Source of the DNA: Microcoleus vaginatus WJT46-NPBG5
Lineage (GTDB): Bacteria; Cyanobacteriota; Cyanobacteriia; Cyanobacteriales; Oscillatoriaceae
Assembly (NCBI GenBank): GCA_019359355.1
Contig: JAHHHM010000015.1
Coordinates: forward strand, 45,147 to 109,146
Length of the DNA: 64,000 nt
Direction: 5' to 3'
Shown here: positions 62,501-64,000 of the stretch, one piece after another
Position numbering within the stretch: position 1 is the first letter of the stretch
How the letters are laid out: each line of letters starts with the position of its first letter
Translations under genes and position numbers: made by a program
The notes under the pieces: generated by a model
The model's input: only the letters and a program-made list of their open reading frames with translations
Database searches by the model: none
What the model was told of the DNA's origin: nothing

Positions 62501-64000
62501 TCACACAGAAAGAGACGGAGAGCGACTCGCTAAAGTAGACTGATGTGCCGGCTCAGAGTAAACAGGCTCAGCAGAAACCGGCACCACCCGCACCGCACAG
62601 GCTTTTAATTCCGGTTGCAGAGAGTCGGGACAAGATTCGGGATGAGTAAGGGCGTTTGCCTCGGCATTGTCTGCCCATAAAAAACCCCAGTGCATCGGCA
62701 CAAATAGGGTGCCGGGGGCAATCGCTTTGGTAATTTTGGCTGGGAAGCGAGCAAAGCCACGGCGGGATCGCACTTCCACGCAAACGTTTTCTTGAATACC
62801 GAGTTTTTGGGCATCACGGGGATGAATTTCGATAAACGGGTTGGGGTGCATTCCTGCCGTCTTTTGAATCCGTCCGGTGCGCGTCAGGGTGTGCCAGTGC
62901 CCATAAAGCCGGCCAGTTGTCAGGACAAATGGGTAGTCAGGATCGGGGGGTTCAGCCAGTCCTTTAGAATGAAAAGCCCCAAATCGCGCCCGTCCATCCG
63001 GCGTATTAAACCGGCAATCGGTATAAAGACGTTTCGCTGAAGTTTTCTGGGAACGGTGCAAAGCGGGTAAACCATGATTCTGTCCCTCTGCTTCCGGGCA
63101 GGGCCACTGAATTGGGCCTTCTGCCTGTAGCCGGCTGTAATTCAGTCCAGACATATCACAAGGACGACTTTTTGTTACCTTAACGAACTCAGCATGAACT
63201 TCAGCGGAATTGGCAAAATTAAAGTGTTCCGTAAAGCCCAACCGGCGACCCACTTCCGCGAAAATTTCCCAGTCAGGGCGAGCTGTACCGGGCGGTTCCC
63301 GAAATGCAGGACACAGCGTAACAACTCGCTCAGAGTTGGTCATCGTGCCGGTTTTTTCGCTCCACTGAGCTGCCGGCAGCAGGACGTGAGCGTATTCTGC
63401 GGTTTCCGTGGGATAGTAAGCGTCCTGATACACCGTGAAGGGAGAGCGAAGCAGTGCCGCCTTGGTGCGCTCCAAATCTGGCATACTCACGGCTGGATTC
63501 GTGGCGGCAACCCACAAGAAACCGACCTCACCCGTTTCTAAGCCGGTGATCATCTCCCACGCAGTAAGACCTCGTTCCGATGCAATTTGGCCGGCCGGCA
63601 GTCCCCACAATTGTTCAAGCTCAGCTCGGTGTTGCGGATTTTTCACCAACCGATAACCGGGTAAGATGTGGCAAAGCCCGCCGGCTTCTCGTCCGCCCAT
63701 TGCATTGGGCTGGCCGGTGAGGGAAAATGGCCCAGCTCCCGGTTTACCAATTTGAGCCGTCATCAGGTGCAAATTGATAATGGTTCGCACCTTAGCGGTT
63801 CCTTCCGAGGACTGGTTGACCCCCATCGACCATAAAGACAAAACGCGCTGGGATTCGCCCCAGTAACGGGCTGCGGTTTCCAGCTCATCAATGCGGATGC
63901 CACAGCGTCTGGCGACCATTTCCGGGGGATATTGGGCAATCACCTCTGCATAGTCTGGGAAGTTCGCCGTGCATTCGTCAATAAAGGCGCTATCGATATA
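62501..64000 (-). CDS. narB: Second assimilatory nitrate reductase paralogue (C-terminal two thirds; gene continues beyond window end)
   Basis: Collinear with narB copy 1 from about residue 250 ([50 protein letters not shown] vs [50 protein letters not shown]). The frame stays open to position 64000, so the apparent start at 63943 is an internal Val codon. Confidence 0.85.
   Translation of the reverse strand, partial: YIDSAFIDECTANFPDYAEVIAQYPPEMVARRCGIRIDELETAARYWGESQRVLSLWSMGVNQSSEGTAKVRTIINLHLMTAQIGKPGAGPFSLTGQPNAMGGREAGGLCHILPGYRLVKNPQHRAELEQLWGLPAGQIASERGLTAWEMITGLETGEVGFLWVAATNPAVSMPDLERTKAALLRSPFTVYQDAYYPTETAEYAHVLLPAAQWSEKTGTMTNSERVVTLCPAFREPPGTARPDWEIFAEVGRRLGFTEHFNFANSAEVHAEFVKVTKSRPCDMSGLNYSRLQAEGPIQWPCPEAEGQNHGLPALHRSQKTSAKRLYTDCRFNTPDGRARFGAFHSKGLAEPPDPDYPFVLTTGRLYGHWHTLTRTGRIQKTAGMHPNPFIEIHPRDAQKLGIQENVCVEVRSRRGFARFPAKITKAIAPGTLFVPMHWGFLWADNAEANALTHPESCPDSLQPELKACAVRVVPVSAEPVYSEPAHQSTLASRSPSLSV

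Noticed and set aside
63943-63945. Apparent start codon of the second narB copy given by the ORF track
   Set aside because: Homology to NarB copy 1 continues in-frame upstream to the window edge, so this GTG is an internal Val codon; the gene is truncated by the window.
1-64000. CRISPR arrays, rRNA and tRNA genes
   Set aside because: No regularly spaced short direct repeats and no rRNA/tRNA-like conserved blocks were seen by eye in any intergenic region. A covariance-model scan would be needed to exclude small ncRNAs.

Overview
This window looks like a cyanobacterial chromosome segment. HIP1 GCGATCGC copies are present, the genes have a cyanobacterial flavour (lrtA/hpf, group-2 sigma factor, nirA-narB, NtcA box), and the flanking DNA is strongly enriched in ccggc/gccggc. 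Most of it is ordinary housekeeping and accessory genes. From the start these are a divergent mntC / mntA-mntB metal ABC transporter, the peroxiredoxin bcp, hpf, lipB, ssb, a bifunctional mannose-1-phosphate guanylyltransferase/phosphomannomutase, a methyltransferase, and a CobK-like reductase. Later come a group-2 sigma factor, cobO, moeA, two RTX-type calcium-binding proteins, a five-gene two-component cluster led by a 1893-aa multi-PAS kinase, a polyol/sugar cluster with two long-chain mannitol-dehydrogenase paralogues, and a nitrate assimilation locus holding narM, narB, nirA and a second narB copy that runs off the window end. The standout is an AT-richer insert of about 8 kb (roughly 13.1-20.9 kb) bracketed by two fragments of an ISAs1-family transposase. 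It carries a complete poly-gamma-glutamate-type synthetase operon: a Mur-ligase-like pgsB, a tandem-fused double pgsC, and a pgsA/capA metallophosphatase homologue with extra domains. Inside that operon sits an Alg44-like PilZ-TM-membrane-fusion protein with canonical c-di-GMP-binding motifs, and a separate NlpC/P60 (PgdS-like) hydrolase gene follows it. Together these read as a horizontally acquired, probably c-di-GMP-gated, gamma-glutamyl polymer synthesis and secretion module, which is not a standard feature of cyanobacteria. No rRNA, tRNA or CRISPR array was recognisable by eye. All calls rest on reading the translations; no database search could be run.
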